64,000 bases of DNA, from the NCBI GenBank assembly GCA_009914755.4, contig CP068257.2:41888001-41952000 (forward strand), given 5' to 3'. The notes below the pieces were generated by a model that saw only the letters and a program-made list of their open reading frames with translations, was not told where the DNA came from and made no database searches. Positions 51,796-64,000 of this stretch are shown here, piece by piece; within the stretch, counting starts at the first letter, position 1, and each line of letters begins with the position of its first letter. The translations under genes and the position numbers were made by a program. This DNA comes from the human T2T-CHM13v2.0 reference genome, Homo sapiens.

Positions 51796-52200
51796 CCAAT
51801 ATCTGCAGTCCATGCACTGGAGACTCTGGACAGCCAATGTGTAGTGCCAGTGTGAAAGCCAGCAGGCTCGAGACCCAAGAGCTGGTGTTTCAGTTTGAGT
51901 TCAAAGGCAGGAAAAGGCCCACATCCCAGCTCAAACAGTCAAGGCAGAGATCCCTTTTATTCAGCCTTTTTATTCTGTTGGGGCTCCAACTGACTGGATG
52001 AGAGCCACCCAACTGGCTGAAGGCAATCTGCTGTACTCAGTCTCCTGGTTCAAATGTTAATCTTATCCAGAAACATCCTCATAGACATACCCAGAGTTAA
52101 TGTTTGGCCAAATGTCTGGGCATCTCATGGTCCAATCAAGTTGATATAAAAATTAACTCTCTTAGGGACCACCTAGGTGGCTTGAATAAAAGCTTCAAAC
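51795..52200. mobile_element. Ancient interspersed repeat fragment flanking the minisatellite (family not identified)
   Basis: …gtgaaagccagcaggctcgagacccaagagctgg…cccacatcccagctcaaacagtcaaggcagagatccctttt…ggctccaactgactggatgagagccacccaactggctgaaggcaatctgctgtactcagtctcctggttcaaatgttaatcttatccagaaacatcctcatagacatacccagagttaatgtttggccaaatgtctgggcatctcatggtccaatcaagttgatataaaaattaac resembles a known repeat consensus. Confidence 0.35.
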
Positions 52201-52534
52201 CTGCATGAAAACCAGCCTACTAATTCTCAGAAGAGATTTTCCCCCCACTACACTCAATGCCAAAGGTCAAAACAATTTTCCTTAAAAAACTTTCGGATTA
52301 AGCGAGTATCTTCAGTTTACCCCGACACTGCTGGGAAAGACCCTTGGGAGTTTCCTCTCAGGATGCTCACCTGAGGTGGGACCGGGGCTTTGTCTCCTAT
52401 CCCCCACACCCTGGGAGCCATGGAAACTAAAGGACAAGTTTGAAAAATACCCTCAAAGCAAGAAGTTAAGTTCTCTGTTAACCTCTCTGTCCTCCCACTT
52501 TCACTTGACTTTCATGCTCTAGGTATAATTTTAT

Positions 52535-52870
<336 letters not shown>

Positions 52871-53008
52871 TTTTTTTGTGTCTCACTCCGCATTTTGACT
52901 GTTCAGTAAGGAGAGGTGGTCAGGGATTTTTCCATCATACCCCTGGCTCCCAGTTCATGGCCTGGAAGGATGGAACATAGGGAGACCTATAGGAAGCTCT
53001 CAACCCAA

Positions 53009-53205
53009 GGTGATGGTGGCTCAAAACTGGGTGGGAAAATTAGCTGGGCGTGGTGATGGGCGCCTGTAATCCCAGCTACTGGGAGGCTGAGACAGGGGAA
53101 TCGCTTGAACCCAGGAGGCAGAGGGTTGCAATGAGCCAAGACTGTGCCACTGCACTCCAGCCTGGGCAACTGACCAAGACTCTGTCTCAAAAAAAAAAAA
53201 AACAC
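53009..53205 (+). mobile_element. Alu SINE with a large internal deletion (left-arm start joined to right arm)
   Basis: ggtgatggtggctca… jumps to …aaaattagctgggcgtggtgatgggcgcctgtaatcccagctactgggaggctgagacagg…gcactccagcctgggcaactgaccaagactctgtctcaaaaaaaaaaaaaa. Confidence 0.8.
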
Positions 53206-54302
53206 CTAGGTGGGAGTGCTAGCTGGTGATCAGATTCTGGAGATGTTTTGAAAGTAGAGCCATCAGGATTTCCTAACAGACTGAATGAGGGCGTAAGAGA
53301 TTAAAAGGAGTCAAGGAGTCAAGAATCACTCGAAGGTTTTTTAAAAGTCTGAGACACTAGAAAAATAGAATTGTAATCAATAGAAATTAGAATTTGGTGT
53401 GAGGGAAGATTAGGGGTTTAGTCTGAACACATTGAATGTGAATGTTTATTAGATGTCCATGTGGAGATATCAAGTAGACAGCTCAATCTATGAGGCTAGA
53501 GCTCGGGACAGAGGTCTGGGCTGAAGGCACAAATCTGGAGAACCTGATCAATGCTTTGTGTTACTCAGACAAGCCAAATAGATGTAAGATGGAAATAACC
53601 GCCTATCTGCCCTTTTAGCATTGAAAACATGGTAGGAAATGCAGTTTCCTGTGATCACAATACTAGTCTGCATTAACAGTTACGTAACATGTGGCCACCA
53701 TCTCAATACACTCTGTCCTCGTCGGCTATTTGCTCGAGTTCTATGCCAGTTCTGTGGCTTAAGAGGAATGTGAAGAATGTGGACAAAGCCTGGGAAAAAG
53801 CCAGCCATGTAGCTGAACGAAGGGAAGACAAATGAAATCTAGCAAACGTTAAAGGAAATGAGATGATTTAGTCAGGGATGATTAATAGCAACTGGTCTCG
53901 TACTCTGAATCAGGGAAGTCTAGATACTTGAAAGTAACCTGCCACCTTTACAGCAAGCAAACAAAAGAAAATGAGTTTTCATTGCAGCATGAGATTTTTT
54001 TTTTCATTTCAAGTCTTTTATCCCTAAAGCATGAGATATTTAGACTAGAAATAAAAGAGGAAAACTAGCACCTATTTAACACCTACTACATTAGGTGTTG
54101 GCCTAAACACTATTGCATTTTAATATACATTAAGATCCTTGAGGTAGAAATTCTCATTTTATACATCAGAAAAGCAGGATTCTAAAAGGTTAGGTAAGTT
54201 CACAAGCAGGAAAGCTGCAATTCAAATCTGGGTTGAATGAGTCCAAAGCTCGTGTACTTATTAAAATACATCAAATTTCTTAACAGAAATTGATAAAAGT
54301 AG

Positions 54303-54476
<174 letters not shown>

Positions 54477-54926
54477 TAGAAGAGCTTCTTATCTGTCCAG
54501 TATATTTTCATAAACTAGATCTACCTAAAACCAAAGGAATAGAAGAAGCCAGTTTTCAAATTATCTCTTAGTCCTAAGCAGTTATGATTCTAGATTCTGA
54601 AAACAGTCTAAATTCTGAAAACAGTCCCACTACCACCAGCACCACGAACTATTTTTGTTCCTATTTTCCTATTCTATAGTAAACTATATATTCACCTTCT
54701 AAAACACATATGAAATTCTATAATTTAAGATTTAAAGTAATCCCATACATAACTCAGGAGTCAAACATCCTAGGCTTAAACAGATCTTGTTTTGTTTGAC
54801 TTTAGAACAAATGATTCTAAAGATTCTAAAGTAAGATGACCTTGCAATGGATTTATGAGGGGTTGGGCTGTGCTCACTGTGTTGAAAGAACCAGTAATTA
54901 TTTTCACGGATAAGAAAGCCTGGGAT

Positions 54927-55229
54927 GGCCAGGCACGGTAGCTTACGCCTATAATCCCAGCACTTTGGGAGGCTGAGGCGGGCAGATCACCTGAGGGCGG
55001 GAGTTCGAGACCAACCTGACCAACATGGAGAAACCGCATCTCTATTAAAAATACAAAATTAGCCGGGCGTGGTGGTACATGCCTGTAATCCCAGCTACTC
55101 AGGAGGCTGAGGCAGGAGAATCGCTTGAAGCCGGGAGGCGGAGGTTGTGGTGAGCAGAGATCACACCATTGCACTCCAACCTGGACAACAAAAGCGAAAT
55201 TCTGTCTCAAAAAAAAAAAAAAAAAAAAA
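54927..55229 (+). mobile_element. Alu SINE
   Basis: ggccaggcacggtagcttacgcctataatcccagcactttgggaggctgaggcgggcagatcacctgagg… with poly(A) 55209-55229. TSD gaaagcctgggat(g) on both sides. Confidence 0.95.
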
Positions 55230-55568
55230 GGAAAGCCTGGGATGATGTCCCAGAAGCAAAAAAAAATTGCATTAACACAACTTAACAAGCACCTCATATT
55301 ATCCATAAGCCAAAGCTTAAGCAGGAAAAGTCCACCTGAGTCAAAGAACACACTCTCTGATGAGTGGCAGAAACTTGGGTTGCTTGCTACTGACAGAACT
55401 GCATAAATTAAGATGAAACTCATTACAATTTTCACTCACCCCCGGAAACTTCCGGAGGACCAGAGCTAAAAGGGCCATAGAGAACATTTAGGCTAAACTC
55501 CTCTTTTTATGAGAAAGTAGGATTACTGGCTGCAAATTAGCCTAAGTAGAGACTGGCATATTGTTTCA

Positions 55569-55946
<378 letters not shown>

Positions 55947-56924
55947 AAGTCATCCAGCACTAAGGCTTCCACCCGAGACATGTCCTGCTGAGCAGCAGTC
56001 CTGTAGCGTTGTTGGGAAACAGGGTCTGGAGCCAGGCGGTCGGGGTCTCAAATCTCAGCTCCACCACCCCATAACTATATAACCTTGGCACCTTACTCAC
56101 TTCCATGCCTCAGTTTCTTCATCTATGATACAGAAACAGTATTTACCTTACAGGGTACTGACAGACATAAATGTAACAAACGTAACACACTTAAAGCCAT
56201 GACTGGTACTCAAGAAGTATTAGGTATTCTTATTTAATTATTCTCTCCCTGGCACCACCAGCATCCTCTCCCACAGACTGACACTGTCCGCTTGCTCACG
56301 GCCCGTAACAACCAGCCTGAATAGTTACCTTACAGGTCAGGTCTAGGAACCACCTCTGATTCTATGATTCTTGAGAGGAAAAAAGCTGTCTGGTCAAGTA
56401 TCCAACCCTGGTGGGTAAGTGTTGTCAATGGAGTACAAGCATAGCCCCCTGGACCTGCCCTCAAACTGTGGAGGGTCTAGGGCTTTACCCTACTTGCAAG
56501 CTTGCAAGCTAACAAGCTAGCATGCTAGAGTCTTACAGACACTGGCAGAAGACACAAACTCTTGAGTCTGAGACCAAGAACTTGTTATAGCAACAGCCAT
56601 AGCCAGAGCATTTATGCCAGTTTAAGACCCAATTCCACAAGGCCACATACATGCTGTGTGGGCTGTGTCACAGGAGAGGAACCCCAAGCTCTGGCTGAAC
56701 TTTGCCCTAGAGGGAAACATTATCTTTACTACATAAGGGTAAACAAACCTACCCTTTTTGCTCTGGAAGGAGACAGTATCTCTGTCCTCTAAGGATGTCT
56801 GCTATACACACATCCTTGAAAAGCTAGCCAGAAACAAAGGAGGTCAGTTCCTCTGCTCTTAACACATGAAGAAACAGGAGTGACCCTTGTGTCTCGACAA
56901 TATCTAAATAAATGAAGACATATA

Positions 56925-58580
56925 CTTGTGTTCATGGATTGTAAGTCTCAATATTGCTAAAGTGTCAATTATCCCCCAAAATGAACTGTTGATTCAACAC
57001 AATCCCAATAAAAATTCCAACAGGATTCTTTTTGGTAGCAAGTGACGAGCTGATTTTTAAATTCATATGGAAAGGCAAAGGGCTTAAAAATAGCCAAAAC
57101 AACCTTGAAAGAGAACAAAGTTGGACGACTTATACTACCTGACTTTAAGATTTATTATAAAGCTATCAAGATTTATTATAAAGCATGGTATTGGCATAAT
57201 GATCCAAAAATAGATGAATGGAACAGAACAGAATCCAAAATGACCTTCACATGTATTGTCAACTGACTGTCAACAAGGTGCAAAGGCAATTCCCTGGAGA
57301 ACAAAGTCTTCAAAACAAATGGTACTGGATCAACTAGATAGAAAGTCTTATGCAAAAAAACAAAGCAAACGATAAAAATAAAAACAACAACAACAACAAA
57401 AACTCTCACCACAAACAGATACCAATTCAAAACAAATCATATACCTAAACGTGAAATGCAAAACTATAAAACTACTAGGAGAAAACACATTAGAAAACCT
57501 TTGTGACACTGATTTAGGAAAAAATTTCTACAACAAAAGCATGCTTCTTCGAAGAAAAAGAATTATAAACTTTATCACAATTAAGATAGGTCTTCTGCTC
57601 TTCAGAAGATGCTCTTAAGAGAATGAAAGATGAGCCACAAGCTGGGAAAAAATATTTTTCCAACACATTTGTCAAAGGACACAAACCGAATACATAAAGA
57701 ACTCTCAATATTCAGTAAGAATCTATCCAATTTTTTTAAAATAAACAAAACATACAAACAGATATCATCAAAGAAGTTACGTGAATGGCAAAACATGAAA
57801 AGATACTCAACATCATTAGTCACAACAAAAATACAAATTAAAACCACAGTGAAGTATCACGGTATCCCTATTGGAATGTCTAAAATTAAAGAGAATGACC
57901 ATACACTAATACAATGCTGCTGGGAATGTAAGATGGTACAAGCACTTTGGAAAACAGGGTGGCAGTTTCATAAAAACTAACATGCACCTACCACATGTCT
58001 CAGTGATCCCACTTCTAGGTATTTACCCAAGACAAACAAAAGCATATGTCCATGCAAAGACTTGTACAAGAATGCTCCCAGCAGCTTTATGTATAGTAGT
58101 CAAAAGCTGGAGACAACCCAAATGTCCATCACTAGCTGAATGAATACACAATTGTGGCATATCCACAACATGGAATATTTAGCAATAAAAAATAATGACC
58201 TATTAATAGACACATGGATAGACATGGATGGGTCTCAAAATCAACATGGATGGATCTCAAAATAATTATGCTGAGTGAAAGAAGCACGGCAAAAAAGAAT
58301 ACAAACTATGATTCCACTTATATAAAATCAAAGAAAATGAAAACTAACTACAGCGCAGAAAGGAGGCGAGTCACTCTCTGGAAAGCAGGGAGAGGAGCAG
58401 GAAGGAGGGACCACAAAGGGGCACAAAGTGCCTTTGGAGGTGATGGGTTTGCACATTACCTTGATTGTGATAATAATTTTACAGGTGGACATTTATATCA
58501 ATACTTATCAATTGTTCACTTTAAATATATGCAACTTATTACATGTCGATTACACATCAATAAAGCTATTTTTTAAAAAA
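56925..58580 (+). mobile_element. L1 LINE 3' fragment (ORF2 C-terminal third plus 3'UTR, old L1M)
   Basis: Translation gives …NAIPIKIP…FKIYYKA…WYWH…, …HMKRYSTSLVTTKIQIKTTVKYH…, …CWECKMVQALWKT…; ends in an old-L1 3'UTR. Internal 22-bp duplication at about 57145-57190. Confidence 0.8.
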
Positions 58581-59191
58581 GCATTCACCACCAAATGGAA
58601 CTGACACTAAAAAAAAGAGGTTAATTTGAATCATAAAAAAATAAGGAAAATTAATTTATTTTTATACATGGGTGAAATGTATACTCATTAAACAACATAT
58701 AGTGTTAAAAATTATGATGAAATTGGGACAGAACTTTAGGTTAGATTGGTAGTTAAGGGTGAAGAGGAAAGGATGCAGTAAAGATAGCTTTTTAAAGAAA
58801 TTTTAAAACACACACATACTATACATGTGTACTTCTCTTCATAGCTGCAGTGTCTTTCCAATTTCTTTTTACCCAAATTATTTAACAATGGGTCTTCTCT
58901 TTTATCTGACAGAACCACATACCCACATAGAGTACTGTGCTGTAATAGAGAATGGGATAGGCTGATGCTGTTTACCTGCTGTTTTATAAGAGACAATTTC
59001 TCTTTGTGTTGTAGGGACACCAGTAAATTATAACCAAATTGAAAGCAATACTTCAGAAACAGAACTAGAGTAAACTTAACATACCAAGAAATTTTCTAAA
59101 ATTTGACTTTTTTTAAAAGAAAGAACATCTTACAATCAATCCTACTTTCTAATACTTTAAAATTTCCTTCAGCTACAGAAGAACAGGTATA

Positions 59192-59724
59192 CAGTAGGCC
59201 CCTCTTATCCACAGTTTCACCTTCCACAGTTTCACTTAGCCAGTCAACCATGGTCTGGAAACATCAAATGGAAAAATCCAGAAATAAACAATTCTTAAGT
59301 TTTAAATTGCACACCATTCTGCGTAGCATGATGAAATCTCATGCTGCCATCCCACTCCATCCCATCAGGGACATGAATCATCCCTTTGTCCAGCATATGC
59401 TATGCGCCCTTTAGGTCACTCAGTAGCTATCTAGGTCATCAGGTCAACTGCTGTAGTACCACAGCACTGTTGTCCAAGTAACCCTTATTTTACTTAATAA
59501 TGACCCTAAAGCACAAGAGTAGCGGTGCTGGCTTATTATTATAATTGTTCTATTTTATTATTAGTTGTTGATAACCTCTATGCCTAATTATAAATTAAAC
59601 TTTACATACAGATGTATGAATGTTTAAAAATATAGTATATAGAGAGGATTTGGTGCTATCTCTGGTTTCAGACATCTACTAGGAAACTTGGAACGTATGC
59701 CCCGTGGATAAGGGAGGACTACTG
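59192..59724. mobile_element. Tigger2-like non-autonomous DNA transposon (MITE) with terminal inverted repeats
   Basis: 5' cagtaggcccctcttatccacagtttcaccttccacagtttcacttagccagtcaaccatggtctggaaacatcaaatggaaaaatccagaaataaacaattcttaagttttaaattg… 3' …ggaacgtatgccccgtggataagggaggactactg is the inverted complement of the 5' terminus. TA immediately 5' of the element. Confidence 0.75.
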
Positions 59725-62204
59725 CATAACCCGTACAAGCAGCTGGACAGATAACCACCCCCCTTACCACTCAAAAGCCACCACAGCAAAGGGATGAATC
59801 CTGGACTCTCGCTGATGTATTTCAAGCCTTTCAAATTGATGCTTACATTGTATAGGGACATCAGCATTAGCCTGAAATGTAAAAGAAAAAGGTGTTGGAA
59901 TGCTCCATCCACACTACATTTCACCCTAAACATACCTACTAGTTAAGAGGAACTTAACGTATTTAGAGCTTCCCTCACATTTTAGATGTCCAATTCTATA
60001 ATGTGAATTAATAACATCTGTCTACGTGAGGCTACAGGAAAATGGGAAACTTCAGCAATGATATCACATAATACCGCCTTTCATAGCCTCACATAATCAA
60101 GAGTCTCGATTGCAGAGAGGGTCCCACGGGAAGCCTCACAAACCATATTTATTGATTCATTTCTTTTATTACCAATCCTGCATTAACATACAGGTTACCC
60201 TCAATTTGTAAGAGTACTATACTCTCAAAGTTCAATTCAGCCATCTAAAACCTAATGACATATTTTCATTCAATGAACATTACGCATGACATCCAGGTAG
60301 CCAGGTCAGGCCACAGGACTACATAATCACAGTACAAGGAATGAAGAATACTACAACCCAACCATCCCTCACAACCAACAGAGCAGTTTACTGAATAGGA
60401 CAGGACTTTATAAGCTGTTTTGGGATTGAACCGTGGCTGGCAATGCAGAGTCTGATGAAAGTCAGAAACTACAGGACTTTGGTTTCTGCAAATACTGCAA
60501 AATACAGAGAACCCAAACACTTTACACTGCAGAGCAATAAAAAGGCTAGACAAATATTTTTTGCAAAGCCTTTGAAATAATGAATGAATTTGCAAGAAAT
60601 CAAAGGAAAACATCTCTGATCAGGAACAAAGTAAGAGCACAAAATCTTAGAGGAAAGTGCAAAAGATGCTACAATTCCAAAAGACTAGAGCTTCAGTTAC
60701 AGTGGCTTCACGCAGAGGGACCGAGCGAAAAGCCTCAGAGAGACACGGACATTCATTTCACAGGCCCTGCAGAAACCAGAAGAGAGGAAACTTTCAAGCT
60801 TAGCATGAATTCACATTTTTGGCAGGCCTGAAAAATCCCCAAGCCAGTAATTTTAATATAAAACAGACCTGGGATAGAAGCTCCCCCAGCTTCCTGGACA
60901 TTAAAGGAAAGGATCCTCAACCTGGTCTTCAAAGAATTCCCACAAATACATACTAGCAAATGGGAGTTCATAACAAAAATCATAATATGACGCATGAGAA
61001 AAAGAAGACCAGGTAAGCAACAGCCAGCACAAAGAACCAATAACAGGGCTAGAACCAAAAATTTTTCAGATACTAGAAGTATCAACTGCAGAATATAAAA
61101 CTGGTATGTTTAATGGGTGAAGATAATTTTAAAAGAAATTAAAAACATAATCAAGAAGCTAGGATTACTATTTTGAATGACCAGCCAATTCAAAAATAAC
61201 AGCAGAATGTACAAAAATGAAAACAATAATTAAAATGTAAAACTCAAGGGTAATTAGACACATGGAAAAGGAGAAATACTAAACAGAAAAGACAGCTTAA
61301 GAAACTACAGCAAGAAAGAAAAACAGATTAAAGAAAGATAAAAGTACAAGGAGGCAAAGGTGGAAAAGTTCAACATTCTTCCAAATAGGGTCCACAAAGA
61401 AAGAACAGAAAGAATGAAGGAAAAAAATGTTTCAAAAATATTTCCCAGAAATGAGTAAATATAAACCCTCAGATTCAGGAGGCACAAAAACATCTCAAGA
61501 AAGATAAAAAATAAATACAAATCTACACACATCACAATCAAACTTTAGAAAATTAAAGACAAATTTTGTAAAGCAGCCAGAGAGAAAGGACATATTACCT
61601 ATAAAAGAGTAATTACACCAAAAGCTGGGCTCTCTATATCTACCAAGGGTAAAGAGAAAATAATAATAAAGCTAGAATTGTGAACCCAGCAAAAATATTT
61701 TCAACAAAAGAGGTAAAGTAAAAATGTTGTCAAAGAAAATCTCAGACATTTTTAAATGTATCTGAACTGAAAGAATTTGAAGGACAGACTTCAGAAAAAG
61801 GAAAATGACGTTGGAAGAATGTTCTGAGATACAAGGAGGGAGTAAGTAAAGGGATGTGAGTGTACAGAAGTAAACACTGGGGGGTAAAAGCAGTCATTAA
61901 AATGTCTACTCTATGGGATTTTTGAAACTTTTCAACAGAGCTAAGATACAGTCCATGAATGCATATAATCCAGGATGTAAGTATTAGAGCATTCTAAGAT
62001 CCTTCTACTGTTTAGGTGAGAAAGACATTAATTACTTTCAAGTATACCAAATACATCAAATCATGCTTTAAAAAAGGGGCTATCACTGAAAGAAACAAGG
62101 GTAAACTTTCAAGACACTAGAAGAATAAAATGAACTCAGAAAAGATCTTAGTGACTTTGAAAGAAAGATAACAGAGTAAGACCCTGTTGAAAGAAAGAAT
62201 AGAA

Positions 62205-62325
62205 AAGGAACGAAAAGAGAAGAAGGGAGAGAGAGAAGGAAGAAAGACGGTGGGAGGAAGGGAAGGAGGGAGACAGGGAGGGAGGAAGCGAGGGAGAAAG
62301 AGAGGTAGGGAGGGAAAGATAACTT
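62205..62325 (+). repeat. GA-rich (GGA/GAA)n low-complexity tract inside L1
   Basis: agaagggagagagagaaggaagaaagacggtgggaggaagggaaggagggagacagggagggaggaagcgagggagaaagagaggtagggagggaaag. Confidence 0.9.
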
Positions 62326-62521
62326 GGAAAAATCATAATAAAAAGAAAAACAAAATATGACAGAATAAATAAATCCAATTATTTCATTAATCACAAATGT
62401 TAATGAACAGGATACTCCTATTAAAAGGCATAGATTATAGATGGTTAGATTAAAGGAAAAACAAAATGCAACCATGGACTGTTTCAAAGAAACACACCTG
62501 AAACAAAAGTTTCCAGAAAGG

Positions 62522-62810
62522 GGCCAGGAGTGGTGGCTCACACCTGTAATCCCAGCACTTTGGGAGGCCAGGGTGGGCAAACTGCTTGAGGCCAGGAGTC
62601 CAAGACCACCCTGGCCAACATGGCAAAACCCTGTCTCTGCTGAAAATATTAAAAAATAGCCACATGTGGTGATGTGTACCTGTAGTCCCAACTACTAGAG
62701 AGGCTGAGGCAGGAGAATCTCTTGAATGCAGGAGGCAGAGGTTATAGTGAAGCAAGATCGCACCACTGCATTCCAGCCTGGGCAACAGAGTGAGACTCTA
62801 AAAAAAAAAG
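62522..62810 (+). mobile_element. Alu SINE nested in L1
   Basis: ggccaggagtggtggctcacacctgtaatcccagcactttgggaggccagggtgggcaaactgcttgagg… 16-bp TSD aaaagtttccagaaag / aaaagtttgcagaaag. Confidence 0.95.
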
Positions 62811-62920
62811 TTTGCAGAAAGTTGAAAGTAAAAGAATGGGAAAAGATATATCAAACAAATACTAATGAAAAAAGAAGAAAGAGAAGGCTGAGGTAGCTAC
62901 ATTAACAGAAAAGAAAACAG

Positions 62921-63228
<308 letters not shown>

Positions 63229-63267
63229 GTTAAAAGAAGGGAAAGCATCTTTAAAAATTAAGAGGCT

Positions 63268-63561
<294 letters not shown>

Positions 63562-63931
63562 CAAGGCTAAATATTTCATACTGAAAAGTTCAGTTCATCA
63601 GGAGGGTAGCATTTTAAACTTGTATGTACCTAATAATATAGCCTCAAAAATACATAAAGGCACAAATTGATAAAACTACAAGAAAATGCTGACCAGTCCA
63701 CAATAATGGTAGATTTTAAGGCACCTCTTATAGCACTTAATACATTAAGCTGATTCTCTGATCCACCACATAATTAAGTTAAAAATCATTTTTTAAGTAG
63801 GTTTTAAAACTCCAACATTTAGAAAACTGAAAGTACATCTCTATAAGAATAAGTCAAAGAAATTATGAGGAAAATTGGGAAACTGAACAAGAATGAATAT
63901 ACAAAAATAAAACTTGTGATGCTAGTGAAAT

Positions 63932-63956
63932 ACACACACACACACACACACACACA
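63932..63956 (+). repeat. (CA)n microsatellite
   Basis: acacacacacacacacacacacaca. Confidence 0.95.
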
Positions 63957-64000
63957 GCCTTTAATACTTATTCCAGAAAAAAATAGCTGCAGCAATGGCA

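Noticed and set aside
49355-51878. Long ORFs on both strands across the 21-bp tandem array (e.g. 51489-51878 minus, 129 aa; 51571-51837 minus)
   Set aside because: They are translations of the repeat unit (PSAGPSSPSAGP…/LPQQALHLPQQ…). Frame is maintained only where 21-nt units predominate. There is no start-codon context and no non-repetitive flanking coding sequence.
54776-55435. 219-aa ORF (minus) and 62083-62691 202-aa ORF (minus)
   Set aside because: Each runs through an Alu element plus poly(A) and GA-rich low-complexity tracts. These are artefacts of repeat sequence.

Overview
This is primate (human-type) nuclear genomic DNA, not a prokaryotic locus. Roughly 55-60% of the 64 kb is interspersed repeat. 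It holds at least 23 Alu SINEs, most with poly(A) tails and recognisable target-site duplications (TSDs). There are six L1 LINE segments, two of them near full length (about 9.7-16.3 kb and 22.3-29.9 kb), both full of stops and carrying nested insertions. It also holds MIR fragments, Tigger-type DNA transposons, a solo THE1 LTR, and a complete THE1B/MaLR element (LTR-int-LTR, 31214-34541, minus strand) with a perfect 5-bp TSD. Only one intact protein-coding ORF is supportable: an intronless histone H2B gene (32783-33163, plus strand). The sequence shows it to be a processed retrocopy. The insert begins in an mRNA-like 5'UTR, carries a ~565-nt 3'UTR with AATAAA and a 15-nt poly(A), and is flanked by a perfect 15-bp direct repeat. 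It sits inside the internal region of the THE1B element. The protein (R28, P82, C-terminal ...TSAK) matches my recollection of the 21q22.3 variant H2BS1/H2BFS. That would place the window in an HSF2BP intron, but the paralogue and locus assignment is tentative. Other content is an RPL31 processed pseudogene (18741-19197) with a frameshift and stop, and a 2.4-kb 20/21-bp GC-rich minisatellite with higher-order periodicity (49355-51795). There are also several microsatellites. No CRISPR array, operon or defence-island-like architecture is present, so the expectation of a novel prokaryotic-style system is not met. The most interesting biology is the apparently conserved, CpG-rich H2B retrogene that borrows its upstream region from an LTR-retrotransposon interior. 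All long ORFs in the six-frame track other than the H2B ORF are explained by repeats or GC-rich non-coding sequence.
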